Source: the human T2T-CHM13v2.0 reference genome, Homo sapiens. From it: a stretch of 64,000 nucleotides of DNA. Under the pieces are notes generated by a model. It saw nothing but the letters and a program-made list of their open reading frames with translations, ran no database searches and was not told the DNA's origin. Shown in pieces: positions 1 to 25,085 of the stretch. A program made the translations under genes and the position numbers. The DNA is taken from the NCBI RefSeq assembly GCF_009914755.1, contig NC_060932.1. One strand, written 5' to 3'. Positions within the stretch are counted from its first letter, which is position 1; the number at the start of each line of letters is the position of its first letter.

Positions 1-39
1 GACCCTTGATAAGTGTCCACGTCTTCCAATGACCAATTA

Positions 40-390
<351 letters not shown>

Positions 391-1639
391 CGTATTAGCA
401 CTTTTAAATAGCATGTATACATTTTAGCAGGGGTCTTCCAGCAATCAAACCATAAACCCCAAACTGAATCCCTAATGCTGGGATTTCAAGAGCTATGTCT
501 CATGGGGGTGAAACAGTATGATCTGGGCCTGGGACTTTCCAGGTGGACTGCAAAGTATCACCTGGGCATATGGTAACACTTACTTCAATTTGCAGAATGC
601 TTCTCTGCTGGGGAGTTTATGTATTTTATCTCTGTTAATCCTCCTGATTACCCACAAGGGCATGATTATCCCCATTTTACAGCAGAGGAAACGACGTAAG
701 CCCGAGTGGTGGTGAGCAGCCGAGCCGACATTCACACGCAGGTCTTCCTGGCTCCGAAGCTTGTGCTCCTGGGCGTGCTGCCTGGCCCCTCAAGCAGCCT
801 TTCAGGAGTGAGCTCCGTCAGAGGTCTGGGCACTTTCTTTCTTTCCATTTATGTCTATGCCACACTCCCTAACAAACTATGTTATAAACCTCTGCAGGGG
901 ACTGAAGCTTATTCACTGTTTCCTATAGCATCTGTGTTGCTCATAGGTGCACAAGGCATGTGTGATGCATCACCGGATGGCTGCTTAGACATGTGGCTGC
1001 TTGTTTGTTGCAGACATGTACTCTGCATTCAAATGAAATATTTCCGCCATGCCACAAATGCTTGCCAGCAGGTTAGGAACACCTTTCCTATGGCAGATAG
1101 CAATGGGCATCTGTGCGGTCTAATTGTAGTAGGCAAAGTTAGCCACATCAGATACAATTTTAAATTCACCTTTAGGACAATTTTTTCCCTAATGTCCTAA
1201 CCTAATGTCTCTCCAGTCCTGGATCTCTAGGCCCAGACTACTGGGTTAACTTGCCTTAGCCAGAGATCTTTATTTTGTGAGTGACAAAACCCGAACTCAA
1301 ACAAGCTTGCATAAACTGGAGAGCTATTGGCTTTCACAACTGGGAATGACTTGGGAGGCTTGGAGAACTGAAGGAAGAGTTCCTGACCCCAGGGACCTGG
1401 GGATGGAAATGAGGGACCCTACCTGGCAGGACCTTCTCTCCTCTCCACTTGCCAGGTTTTATTTTGTAGACAGGTGACCACATAAGGCAGGAAAGATAGT
1501 CATCTGCAACCCAAAACCTGCCTCCTTGTATCTTAGGATCCCAGAGGAAAGGAGAACAACTCTCCTCCCACTTTGATTTGGGAAATTTGGGGGAAAGGCT
1601 CCAGTTGGCCTGATTTATGTTGGATGCCCACCTCTTGGA

Positions 1640-2170
1640 CCAGTTCATTCACTGTCAATCATTCAACAAATATGAGCAAAAAATGATACTGGGCCTAGCC
1701 CCATGGAGTTCATAATCACTGGGGAGACAAACATAAATCAATTAGCCAGCAAGTGTGAAGCTGCACTGTGGCGAGTGCTTTGCAAAGGAGATAGGTGGTA
1801 CCTGGAGAGTATACATGGAGGATTTGACCTTGGAGGTTGGGAAAAGCTTCCCTAAGGAAATGATGCTTGCACTAAGACAAAAAGGATGAGTTACCTAGGT
1901 GGAGGGTTAGGGAAAGGGCATTTTGGATGGAAGAATCGCTATGCACAAAGCACTATGTTAGTTAATACCAAAAACTGGGGCTGCAAGAATGTCTAGTAGC
2001 TGAAACAGCAGAGAGCAGGACAAGGTGGGACAGGAGAGGCGGGGGGTGTAGTCCACGGGGCTTGTGGGCCACATTAAGGAATTTTGTCTTTATCCTAAGG
2101 CCGTAGGAAGCCAAGACCAAAATTGGGGGTGGGTAAGGTGTCACAATCATATTTGTCCTTTGAAAGAATG
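1640..2170 (-). mobile_element. L2 fragment
   Basis: CATTCAACAAATAT end motif and purine-rich L2-like body (GGAAAAGCTTCCCTAAGGAAATGATGCTTG). Confidence 0.6.
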
Positions 2171-2353
2171 ACTCTATGGCAGGACACGGTGGCTCACACC
2201 TGTAATCCGAACACTTTGGGAGGCCAAGGCAGGTGGATCACCTGATGTCAGGGGTTCGAGACCAGCCTGACCAATATGATGAAACCCTGTCTCTACTAAA
2301 AATACAAAAATTAGCCGGGCATGGTGGCGGGCACCTGTAATCCCAGCTACTCA

Positions 2354-2539
<186 letters not shown>

Positions 2540-4105
2540 TTAGGAGGACACTAACTAAGAAGCCAGATAATAACAGCTGGGACTTGGGTGATTGAGGAGA
2601 TGGACAGGAAAGAGATCCAGGAGGCAAAATTCACAGATCTGGGAGCTTGGATATGGCAGGTAAGGGACAGGATGTTGTCAAGGATGACCTCCAGCTTTTT
2701 AGCTTACACAACAATGTCCAAAGGGATGCAGGACTAAGTTTGGCCTGGCTGGGTCCCATTCTCACCCCTATGGACAGGATCAAGTACTGTGGCTCATTAA
2801 AATTACTGGATTCATGTAGAGTTTGGGAGAGATTTTCTGAAGAGAAGTGGTACTGTTACCAGGAAAAGAGGGATGGGAAAACCACAGCCACTGCAGGGAA
2901 AACATAGAGTGGCCAGTCTCTGGCCACCCTGAGATACTTAGCAGTAAGTGCTACATTTATATTTGCCATTAAACATCAGTTTGCATATGCCACAGGGCAA
3001 GACACCAAAGGTCACGTTCCAGCTGCTTCAGGAGCCCCCTGGGGGAGGTTTCCTGCTGTCAAATTCACTGTCATAAGCACTCGCCAGTAGGGGCACTGTT
3101 ACTCTTCGCAGCCACTTCCCTGGCCCCTGAGGTGGCCAACCAGGTGGCATCTTGGCCCCAGCTTGAGTTGGAGGTTAAAAGGACAGAGAGATTAGTTCCA
3201 ACAGTTTCAGCCAGCCTTGGAAGTGGCAGAATGAGCTACAGTCATACTGCACAGGAACATTTAGTCCTAGTTTTGCATAAAGACCCACAATGCACTCATG
3301 CACTCTTTGGCATTCTTTAAATCTTGCCCCATTGTGACGTGGAGACAAGGATCTTAAGAAGAAAAAATGGTCTTTGTTCATCTTAGGTATTTCTTTCAGT
3401 GGTACCTAGAGGCCATTGGCAAATATGTTCAAATTATAAACCAAAATGATAAGCCAGGGAGGAAGTTAAAAGAATAAGAACTGGTCTTTCAAGGTCCCCT
3501 AAGGTATTCAGCCAAACCGGTTGTCTTAATGACAAAGTAAAAGAAGCCAAACTGCCCAGGATGTTTGTCTAAGAAAATGATAGGCCACTTTTCACATATC
3601 GAGTGACGGATGCAGACTTGCGAGGGTTTGCTAAGTTCTTGTAAAGGGGCAGGGGTGGCTGCAAGTTTCGTCATGCAGAGGATGGATGCAAAGTCAAATG
3701 CTCTATCTAGCAGGTCAATTTGTTTTCTTGCTTGTTTGTTTTTTTTTTCCAAAATACTGTTTAAAAAAAAAATCTGTTGGAAATAGTTTGAGCAGTCAAG
3801 AAAAACAAAAGCAAACTCAGGGAAAGACAATATACTGTCTACACGATACCAAAACAGGAAAGTCCTGGGTATCTGTCACAGAGGTGTAGAATGGCAAATG
3901 GAGCTGGCGTCAATCTCCTCCAAAATGGTGGAAATCCTGGGCTTTTTACTTAATACTTTAGTACTAAGTAAATCGATGGCACCTCCAAGTTGGTGGTTTC
4001 TGTACTTCCTGCAGAACGGGTCTCTGGGCCTGAGCCCACCATCAGGGTTGGCAGCCACCTCCGGGGCGGTGCTATCTTTGCTATGGTATCTCTGCTTAGT
4101 AATAA

Positions 4106-4441
<336 letters not shown>

Positions 4442-5533
4442 TGATCCACCCGCTTCAGCCTCCCAAAGTGCTGGGATTACTGGCATGAGCCACTGTGCCT
4501 GGCTTTTTTTTTTTTTTTTAATTTTGTTTAAATAGAGATGGGATCTCCTTATGTTGCCCAGGCTGGCCTCAAACTCCTGAGCTCAAGCCATCACCCCCCT
4601 CTCGGTCTCCCAAAGCACTGGGATTACAGGCATGAGCCACTGCACCCAGCCTCATCCCCATTTTAACACAAGTACACTGAGCCCTAGCAAAGAGCTATAA
4701 CTTACTGAAAACCCCACAGCTGATAAATGGTGGCACTGGGATTTGAACCTGAGCAGTCTGTTTCCAGAGTCTGCCGGCTGAGCTACTGTGCGAAAACAGT
4801 GCCTTCCAAACATTCTTTTCTACCTTATTGCTCCTTGAATTCTGGCCCTGGCTCCAGTTTGGGGCCAAGCAGAAGATAGGGTTGGTGGGCATGATGGTAA
4901 CAGGGTCTATCTGAAAGTGAGTATTTGGGGCTGGGCGCAAGGGCTGACATCTGTAATCTCAGCATTTTTGGGAGGCTGAGGTGAAAGGATCACTTGAGGC
5001 CAGAAGTTCAAGACCAGACTGGGCAACACAGCAAGATGCCATCTTTAAAAAATAAAAAAAGTAGCCAGGCATGGTGGCATGTACCTGTAGTGTCAGCTAC
5101 TTGGGAGGCTGAGGTGGGAGGATCTCTGGAGCCTGGGAGTTCAAGTGTGCAGTAGGCCACGATTGCACCACTGCACTCATGGAAAGAAGGAAAGAGAGAA
5201 AGAGGACAGGTGTGGTGGCTCATGCCTGTAATCCTAGCAGTTTGGGAGGCTGAGGGGGGCAGATCACATGAGGTCAGGAGATCGAGACCAGCCTGGCCAA
5301 TATGGTGAAACCCCATCTTTACTAAGAATACAAATTAGCTGAGCTTGGTGGCACATGCCTGTAGTCCCAGCTTCTTGGGATGCATGAGTCCCAGCTTTTT
5401 GAGGCACAAGAATTGCTTGAACCCGGGAGGTGGAGGTTGCAGTGAGCAGAGATCGTGATGCTCAGAGAGTGCACTCCACTCCAGCCTGGGTGACACAACA
5501 AGACTCTGTCTCAAGAAAAAGGAAAAAGAAAGA

Positions 5534-5623
5534 GTGCTCACGTTGGCAGCATAGGTACTAAAATTGGAATGATACAGAGATTAGCATGGCTCCTGTGCAA
5601 GGATGACACAAATTCCAAAGCAT
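5534..5623 (+). pseudogene. U6 snRNA retropseudogene (3'-degenerate)
   Basis: GTGCTCACGTTGGCAGCATAGGTACTAAAATTGGAATGATACAGAGATTAGCATGGCTCCTGTGCAAGGATGACACAAATTC aligns to U6 with CpG decay and small deletions; lies in an Alu tail with no PSE/TATA. Confidence 0.92.
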
Positions 5624-5654
<31 letters not shown>

Positions 5655-5785
5655 AAGAAAAGAAAGAAAGAAAGGAAAAGAAAAGAAAAGAAAGAAAGAA
5701 AAGAAAGGAAAGAAAGAAAGGAAAAGAAAAGAAAAAAGAAAGAAAAAAAGAAAAGAGAATGAGAGAGAGAGAGAAAGAAAAAGAG
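5624..5785 (+). repeat. polypurine (GA)n/(GAAA)n simple repeat
   Basis: ~160 nt almost purely A/G. Confidence 0.95.
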
Positions 5786-6023
5786 GGGGTTGAGGTAGGG
5801 GTTTTACATTTGTCCTTCAACTATGGGCTAACCATAGTGACTTCCCTGCTGTCCACATAAGGGTGATTGGTTGTTGTGCCCAGTGTTGGCTGCTGCTGCC
5901 AACAATTTCCCAGTATGCTGAGAGGACACACAGGCTGCTACCAAGTAAGACCAGAGGGGCAGAGACTCTTATAACCCACCCAATAGCTAGCATCTCTTTT
6001 TTTTCCTTAGAAACAGAACATTA

Positions 6024-6360
<337 letters not shown>

Positions 6361-6627
6361 TTAGCTGGGCAATGCCCCCCAACTAAAACACTAGATTTCC
6401 CTGTCTCCTTTGCACGCAGGCATGTGACTAAGCTCTAAACAATGAGACATTAGCAGAAGTGTTCTGAAAGACTTCGGGGATTAAAGGGACCTAACTCAAC
6501 AGGAGGTGAATTCTTTTGCTCCCCTCCTCCTTCCCGATGGCCGAAATGAAACGTGATGGCTAACATGCAACATGACGGCTGACACTCAAATAGCTAGATT
6601 GGACAGTAGAGTCTACTCTGTAGGTGA

Positions 6628-6710
6628 GCAGTGCTTCCAAAGCTTTAAAGTGCATGTGAATCCCCTAGGGATCTTGTTAACACTGCAGACTGATTCAGTA
6701 GGTGTTGGAT
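6628..6710 (+). mobile_element. MER5A-like fragment
   Basis: CAGTGCTTCCAAAGCTT...GAATCCCCTAGGGATCTTGTTAA...GCAGACTGATTCAGTAGGT. Confidence 0.55.
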
Positions 6711-6759
6711 ATGTTTCCTATATTCCCTAGTTCTGTTCATAAAGGCAGCCTAGGTTCAG

Positions 6760-15720
<8,961 letters not shown>

Positions 15721-16927
15721 AAGTATGCCAAGTCTTAGTAATCAGTTTCTAATTTCAGAAATGCATACCCTGAAGAAAAATGGTATCTCATGTTTGAACC
15801 ATTCATTCAAGTATTTACTGAATTCATTCAACAAGTATTTACTGAATGTGCCAAGCAGTAAAGCGAGACAGAATACCCCAGTCATGCCCCTACTCTTAAG
15901 TGCTCTTACAGAGATAGGCCTGGCTCTATGTGTTTTTTCCAATTTTGCTGGAGTCACCTCATCTAGGATCCAAATATCAGGGGTGGGTATCAATGCAAAT
16001 CCCTGAATCATCGTCATTGTTTTTATCATTGTAGTTGTCATTATCGTTGTAGTGTTTTTCTTCTTTAAATAGCAAAACCCCTTCCTAACACTTGAGAAAA
16101 GGTGAATTAAGAGAAACGAAGTTATATGTACCTTTGTTTAAAGTCACGAAGTAGTAGTAATAGCATCCATTTCAAGACATTTCATTTTATGAGGACAGTA
16201 ATTGTTCACATTTTAAGACTTGCTCTGATTTTGCAGAGCTTTTGAAGACATTTTCCCCTTGTTTGGGAATCAATATGAAAACATTGATTGTCCTGCAATT
16301 ATCAATGTTACATTGTCTCTGGAGTTTTTGGCCTTGTTTCAATGCAATAAATCAAGTTGTAGATTGCTGGTGGCCTTAGCAGAGCAATTATCACTGCAGC
16401 ACATAATATCCAGCTTGCTGCCTTATTGTGATTCAGAGACCTAGTCACAAGCTTGCTTTTTGTCTAAGAGCCAACAACTAAAAACCCAAGTTTCCATCAA
16501 CAGAAGGAATAAATTGTGGTATATTCATACATGGAGTACTATGCAGCCACATAGGAGCTAACTACTGCTACATATAATACGGAGTAATCTCAGACATGAT
16601 GTTGAACAAAAGCAGACAAGCACAAGTCAATATGTGTGCATTTATTTATATGAAATTCAAAACAGCTACTACAAATATAGGACATAGGAAGAATGTCTAC
16701 CTTTGGGGAAGGGGGCAAATATTAACTGAGTAGGGACCCAAGGGAGCCCTCTGAGGTACTGGAAATGCTCTATATTTTTATATGAGTGGTTACAGGGTAT
16801 AATCATTGGTCAGGGCCAGGCTCATGCCTGTAATCCTAGCACTTTGGGAGGCCGAGGCGGGTGGATCACCTGAGGTCAGGAGTTTTGAGACCAGCCTGAC
16901 CAACATGGCAAAACCCGGTCTCTACTA

Positions 16928-17047
<120 letters not shown>

Positions 17048-18191
17048 TCACTGTACACCAGCCTGGCGACAAGAGCGAAACTCCATCACACACACAAAAA
17101 ATTAATTAAAAATAAATAAACATTCGTCAAAAATCATAAAGCTGTATCAACTGTATATAAATAATTCAATTAAAATATCATGCATAAAATCTGGGTGTAA
17201 TAAAACAAAGAATAATTTTTTTAAAACCCAAAGCAAGGCAAGGGGTGATGTTACCAAACTGCCATGTATCAGAGATGTGATTAGAAGGAAATCCTTCAAG
17301 GGGAGCTTATTTATGGTACGCTAGATGTCTTCTGGCTCCATTCACACATGATAAATAACACCACCTCTCCAAGTCCACTGGTTTTTTTCTTCAAGGAAAG
17401 AGTTGGAACAGGATCAATGTTTACACTCACATGACACAAAACATCTATGTCATCTCCATCTGAGATCAGATGAAAGCTAAGTTTAAATGACAGTAGTTGT
17501 TATTCATTAATATAATTGGTAAAGAAAATATCAAACATTCTTGTCTGCATAAATAGCAAGACAAAAGCAAAATTAAACAAGTTAATAGCACAGACCCTGA
17601 AGTCAGAGAGCCAGGAGTTCTAGATGGGGCTTTGCTACTTAAGTGGCAGTGTGTGTTGCTTATCTGAAAGAAAACATTACCAATTTGTTGGAAAGTTCTT
17701 CTTTAGCAGTAGTAATCGGTGTTTTATCCAACATATTTCTTAATAACTGTTGAGAAAAGGTTGAGACATCTTCCCAATTGGCACAGAAGTGCAATACAAG
17801 GCCAGAACATTAATTTCACGTTTTATTAAAAATTCATGGTAATTAAAAGGTTTTCGTTAAGTCTATTTATCAATTCTAAGAGAACCTAGAACAGGAATAT
17901 GAACAAGCTCAGCAAAATGATCACAAGGCCACTAAAAGAATGTCTGATATTCCCCAGGCAGTCAAAGATGCTCAAAGGAAGAAAAGTATCCTGACTTAGA
18001 ATTTTATACCCAGCACGGTTAAAGATCTCCTTTTTCTTCTGTTTTTTAACTTTTTTTCTTCTCTTTCAAGACAACTCGTCACTAGGATTCCTTTTCTTCT
18101 AAACAATGACTTTCTCATTCTTTTTGGCTGTCTTAAAATGTGACAACAAAAAAGCATCTTTGCACATTAGGAAGCCGAGGCAGGCGGATCA

Positions 18192-18470
<279 letters not shown>

Positions 18471-18599
18471 TTAATAAACATAAAAATTTGCTGTCTCCCC
18501 ATCCCCCACCTCTCAGACTGAAGGTAGTCCAAGTACCTGAGATTTTATGGAGTTTTACTTTTTTATAGTTTATAGGCAGTTTATGCCAAGCCTAAAAGT

Positions 18600-18830
18600 G
18601 TGAACTCTAGTCTGTATGTAGGCTTGGATTTAAAGCCCAGTTCCACCTCCACTTACTATGTGACTTTGGACAAGTCGCGGTTCAGTTTGATGCTTCAGTT
18701 CCCTCATCTGTAAAATGGGAATATATTACTGAACCAATTTCATAGGGTGGTTTTAAGAATTAAATGATATAGTGCAAGTAAAGAGTTTACTTGTTAAGTA
18801 AACACATACATATACTCAATATTAGCAGTT
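18600..18830 (+). mobile_element. MIR fragment
   Basis: CCACTTACTATGTGACTTTGGACAAGT...CAGTTCCCTCATCTGTAAAATGGGAAT core. Confidence 0.7.
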
Positions 18831-19349
18831 ACAAATGTTAATTCCGAGTTGGCTCTGGTAAATTTTTTAAAAATTGGTTGATTAAAAAACAGGCATATCG
18901 GCCGGGCACAGTGACTCACACCTGTAATCCTAGCGCTTTGGGAGGCCTAGGCAGGATGACTGCCTGAGCTCAGGAGTTTGAGACTACCCTAGGCAACATG
19001 GTGAAACCGTCTCTACTAAAAATACAAAAATTAGCCGGGCATGGTGGCAGGCGCCTGTAGTCCCAACCACTTGGGAGGTGAGGCAGGAAAATCATTTGAA
19101 CCCAGGAGACGGAGGTTGTAGTGAGCGGATATCGCACCACTGCACTCTAACCTGGGCGACAGAGCAAGACTCCATCCCCAAAAAAATCACTACTCTATAC
19201 TTCTAAGAATCTTCTAAGAATCCCTGCTTCTTTTTAGTGCACATGAGCTTGGTTCCTCAGGCAATTATTTTATAATCTTCATTGCTGGCCATAATTGCAG
19301 TGCCACCAAATTACCACTGCATCACAAATGGATTTGTAAAGAATAGTCA

Positions 19350-19685
<336 letters not shown>

Positions 19686-20324
19686 TTAAAAATATTAAGT
19701 TAAAAATTTAAAGGACTTGTTTAGCATATAATCTGGCATTTAATCCATTTTATATTATAACTTTTTATTCTTAATAGTAAAAATGTCTTCTACTGATTTA
19801 AATAGTTTGGGAAATATTAACATTTAGGGGCTGATAAAATAATTTTGAATGTCAGGCTGGCCATCTACCTGGCAATACGAAATAAGCATAATAAAAAATA
19901 TTCCATGTACCACACATTTTTTTTTTACTTGGGGTGGGGTATAGAAACAAAAACCCATCACCAATCATAAATCCATCTGTTCACGTATGCCTTATCAATG
20001 ATCATGTATCTTGTGGGAACTTTCTGAAAAGGACAAATGTTCCAACATGTAGAGCTTTTTCTCTGCAGAAAAAACATCAGAGCTAATCAAAAGCCCATGT
20101 TGTTTCCTTTTCTGGGGATATTGTCAGTAACAAAGTAAATAAATTGCATGTTTTTCTACCTTTTTAGATAATACAATATTTTGCAAACTTGCCATGATTG
20201 TGAGGGTCAAATAAACGAATACTATCTAAAATTTAAAAATTAGGTTATCCTGGCTGGGCGCGGTGGCTCATGCCTGTGATCACAGTACTTTGGGAGGCCG
20301 AGGCGGGTGGATCACCTGAAGTCA

Positions 20325-20570
<246 letters not shown>

Positions 20571-21182
20571 TTACCCTGCAATTCTGCCATGTATCTCCCT
20601 AGCATGTGAAACTAGGTGGTAGAGAAGATACAGCAACAGGAGATGTATCAAAGTGATCTGAGTGTTACAGAAAGTGGTTAACTAAAAACCCTTAAATCTA
20701 ACTTAGTAGAAGACAGGCTATATTTACTGAAGAGGGAGAGTCAGTATGAGGCCTAAAAATAGGAGACAAATAATTCATTGCCAGGCATGATGGCTGACAC
20801 CTATAAGCCCAGCACTTTGGGAGGCCAAGGCAGGAGAATCGGGAGTTCGAGACCAGCCTGGGCAACAGATCAAGACCTCATTTCTACAAAAGTAATAAAT
20901 TAACCAGATGTGGGAGTGTAACTGTAGTCTCAGCTACTCAGGAGGCTAGGCGGGAGGATGGCTTGAGCCCAGGAGGTTGAGGCTGCAGTAAGCTGTGATC
21001 ACACCACTGCACTCCACCCTGGGTGACAGAGCAAGACTCTGTCCCTATAAAAAAAAAAAAAAAAAAATTCATCGGTGTAGGGCCAAGTGCAGTGGCTCAC
21101 ACCTGTAATCCCAGTACTTCAGGAGGCCAGGAGTTTGAGACCGGCCTGGGCAACATAGCAAGACCTCCATCTCTACAAACTA

Positions 21183-21356
<174 letters not shown>

Positions 21357-22402
21357 TCATTCGTGTAGCACTGGCATTGTCCAAAGGTACGTCTGCCCTG
21401 ACTGGTTTATTCAAAGATGTCCCCATGACTGGTTAGGTCTCCTAGCAGAGATCCATGCAGATTATCATAGCTGGACAGTGTTAGGCAGTATATTGACCAG
21501 CTCCACCCATGGTGCTTCCAACTCGGACTTAGGATTTAACTTTGCTTCCATGACAACTTGTCTAGTGCACTCATTAAACGTTAAGTATCCAGATACTCTT
21601 CAAAGTTATATACTTGCTTTCAGCCAGGCATGGTGGCTCATGCCTGTAGTCCCAATACTTTGAGAGACTGCGGCAGGCAGATCACTTGGGGTCAGGAGTT
21701 CAAGACCAGCCTGGCCAACATGGCGAAACTCTGTCTCTACTAAAAATACAAAAATTTTAGCCGGATGTAGTGTTGTGTGCCTGTAATCCCAGCAACTCAG
21801 GAGACTGGGACACAATAATTGCTTGAACTCAGGAGGCGGAGGCTGCAATGAACTGAGATCGCGCCACTGCACTCCAGCCTTGGTAACAGAGCGAGACTCT
21901 GTCTCAAAAACAAAAAACAGACCAAAAAACAAAGCCATATACTTGCTTTAAATGAATAATCTGGGATCACGATTTTAAACCAAAATAATAAGCAATTTTC
22001 AAAGTACTCTCCATTAACATCTCTCACATAACCAAAGATAGCATACTATAAACAAGGCACATTACTTAAGCTTATTTCATCTATGCAAGTCTTAGCATAC
22101 GTGTTGAAACAAAGAAAAGATTCCAGAAGTTTCCAATTAACCATTATACATCTAGTATCCATAGAAAAATGTCACCTGTTAGTTTGTGTCAAAACTGTCA
22201 AATGATGCAGTCATACACATGCTTTAAAAGATACACGGTAGCCCAAAAAATGTCAGTTGTCTTGTTCTGTTTTGCATCTCAAATTCTGCTATGAAACTAG
22301 GAGTTTCAAACAAACCACTGTGGATTATGAACTACGTTATTTACCATATACTACAGTCAGTTCTTTTTACTCATAGCAGTTATGTTCTATGAAATCACCA
22401 TG

Positions 22403-22753
<351 letters not shown>

Positions 22754-22763
22754 TTATTAAATA

Positions 22764-23039
22764 CAGGTTGAGTATCCCTAATCCAAAAAGCTCCAAAACC
22801 CTAAACTTTTGAGTGCTGACATGACACAAGTTGAAAATTCCACACCTGACCTCATGTGATGGGTCAGTCAAAACTTTGTTTCATGCACAAATTTACTGAA
22901 AATACCGTATAAAATTACATTCAGGCTGTAACATGTATGAAATAAATTGTTTAGACTTCAGTCCCGTCCCCAAGATCTCATTCTGTATATGTAAATATTC
23001 CAGAATCCCAAGCATTTCTGAAAAGGGATAATCAACCTG
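22764..23039. mobile_element. Tigger4/MER46-like MITE
   Basis: TIRs CAGGTTGAGTATCCCT / AGGGATAATCAACCTG flanked by TA on both sides. Confidence 0.8.
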
Positions 23040-24992
23040 TACTGACAGGGTTAGGTTCCTGTAAGCCTGTGACATTTCCAGCAATTAATACATGACCTTG
23101 TTTTATGTGTTTGTTAAGATACCTTAATATACATTAATACTGAATTCATGTAACTCATGTCACCCATGCCTGAAAAAAAGCCTCCCTAACATCCATTTTC
23201 TCCAAAAGGCTCATCTCTTCCTTCTTGTGCTAAGGAACACCAGGTAACACTTCTGCGCTATGCTTGGGGGCCATTTTAAACAGCAAAATCCACCCACAAA
23301 AGGCACAAAAATGTCAAGAACATAGCACTCGAGACCATGAAAGGGATACTCGTCTGGGAAGTGTGTTATCAGGTGACGCAAACTTTTTGTTGCTCTGCAC
23401 ACATCCATGAAAGCAGCATGCACACTGATTTGGGGGTTACAAATAAATTTTAGTGAGTAGGCAAATTTGTAAATACGGAATCTGCAAATGAGAATCAACT
23501 GTTTCCTTAATTCCTGCAAGAATCCAAATGCCTACTCCCCAAATCTGTTGGCTCTGGCCACTTAAAGTTTGCTCTATCTGAAAAAGCAGACATTTCAGGA
23601 ACAGATGAATATGACTTATCTTCGAATCTCACAACAAATACTGACTTCCAATCAATCAGCTACCTAACGTATAAAGCTATGAACCCAACCTGGCACTAGA
23701 TTTTGGTGTGTGAACTAGTGTGTGAACTTTATAGATTTGACTTCAAGTGTCTCAAAATAGCCGGCTCTTTTAAAACCTCAAAATTTGAACCATTTTGTAT
23801 TACAATTTTGAAAAAATATGGTGTTTCTCTGCCTTAACACAATGAAGAAAATCTTTCAAAAAAAAAAAATTGTAATGAAGCATCAGCCCCTGAGAGGGTA
23901 TGTCTGTTGTGAGGCAAAATACAAAATGATCAGGATCCCCACTGGATGCACTGTTCTATGCTAAAGGGTAGGAGGGTGGAGTTTGTATTATCTTGAGTTT
24001 CAAAACAAGAAGCCAAAGCGAAAAGCATTCTAGGTACAGAAGCATCACTAGGCTTCATCAGCATTGAGGGCTGCCACTGTCACAAGCTAGGGTTTTGTTT
24101 AGATTTATTTAATCCCGAAGGTTAATAGAATTGTTTGTTTAGCATGGAATGAGATAACCACACGTTTAACTTAGAAAGCTAACTCTAGCAGTAGTCCACA
24201 GAGAATGATCGGTTAGAAATTAAAACTTAAAAGTGTAAACTGCCTGGGTTATCAGTTTTATGCAGATACCCTATACTCCAGGCTAGATCTTCTAAATCCA
24301 TCCTCCTAAAAGAACCCCACATCTTCACCTTTAACAAGTACTTTGGGTATTACACTAAAATTAAGCCACAATCATGAACTACCAAATTAAAGACGTTACA
24401 AGAATAAGGTTTAAAACTAATCATAACTTTTAACACTTTAATATTAAAATCATACCAAAGCCTATCTTATCTACATCCTCTTCAAGAGTAGCTATCATTG
24501 TTTTATATCATGTAAGGGTTTAAGCTAATAATCTCATAGCCTAGAAACCTCAATATAATCATCAACTGGCAGGCCAGGCATGGTGGCTTATGCAGGAATA
24601 AGCCTTATGCTTATGCTTGAGCCCAGGAATTTGAGACCAGCCTGGACAAAATAGGGAGACCCAACCTCTACCCGCAAAAAAAAAAACCCCATAAACTGGC
24701 TTATCTTCAAAAGTGGATGGGTGTCAGTCTTGTACATGAAATATTAAGATCATGTAACAAATACATGTAACAAATTGTTTCAATAATCCGTATGGAAACC
24801 TTAACTCATAAAATGCACTACAGGAATTGTCTTGTGCCTTTTACATAAAACCAATAGACCCCCTGAACTTAACAGTACATTTTTCATAAAAGATTCTTAT
24901 GTCGGCTCAGCACCATTAAGATATTACCTATTTATGCATGGCAATTATAAAGACTTTGAAAAAAAGCAAATCCGTGCACTGTTTAAGGAATT

Positions 24993-24998
24993 TTTATT
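24993..24998 (-). terminator. PABPC1 distal polyadenylation signal AATAAA
   Basis: tttatt on + strand, followed on the - strand by a likely cleavage site ~16-20 nt downstream and a U-rich element (GATTTGCTTTTTTT). Confidence 0.85.
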
Positions 24999-25028
24999 AA
25001 AGCAAGAATTTTATAATCCAAATTACGT

Positions 25029-25085
25029 TTCCTTGCTCAGTTATCAATTCTGTTACTTAAAACAGAACTGACATTCTGAGCTATT
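25029..25085 (-). ncRNA. MIR7705: pre-miRNA-like hairpin in PABPC1 3'-UTR (miR-7705)
   Basis: AAUAGCUCAGAAUGUCAGUUCUGUU-UUAAGU-AACAGAAUUGAUAACUGAGCAAGGAA folds into a long stem; matches my recollection of the annotated MIR7705 precursor. Confidence 0.75.

Noticed and set aside
706-1200. 164-aa ORF
   Set aside because: GTG start, begins in a MIR-like fragment, no domain similarity or exon structure.
5581-5860. Lys/Arg/Glu-rich and Phe/Ser/Leu-rich ORFs
   Set aside because: Translation of the purine microsatellite.
15800-15850. Tandem ATTCATTCAA(CAA)GTATTTACTGA repeat
   Set aside because: Typical L2 3'-end repeat motif.
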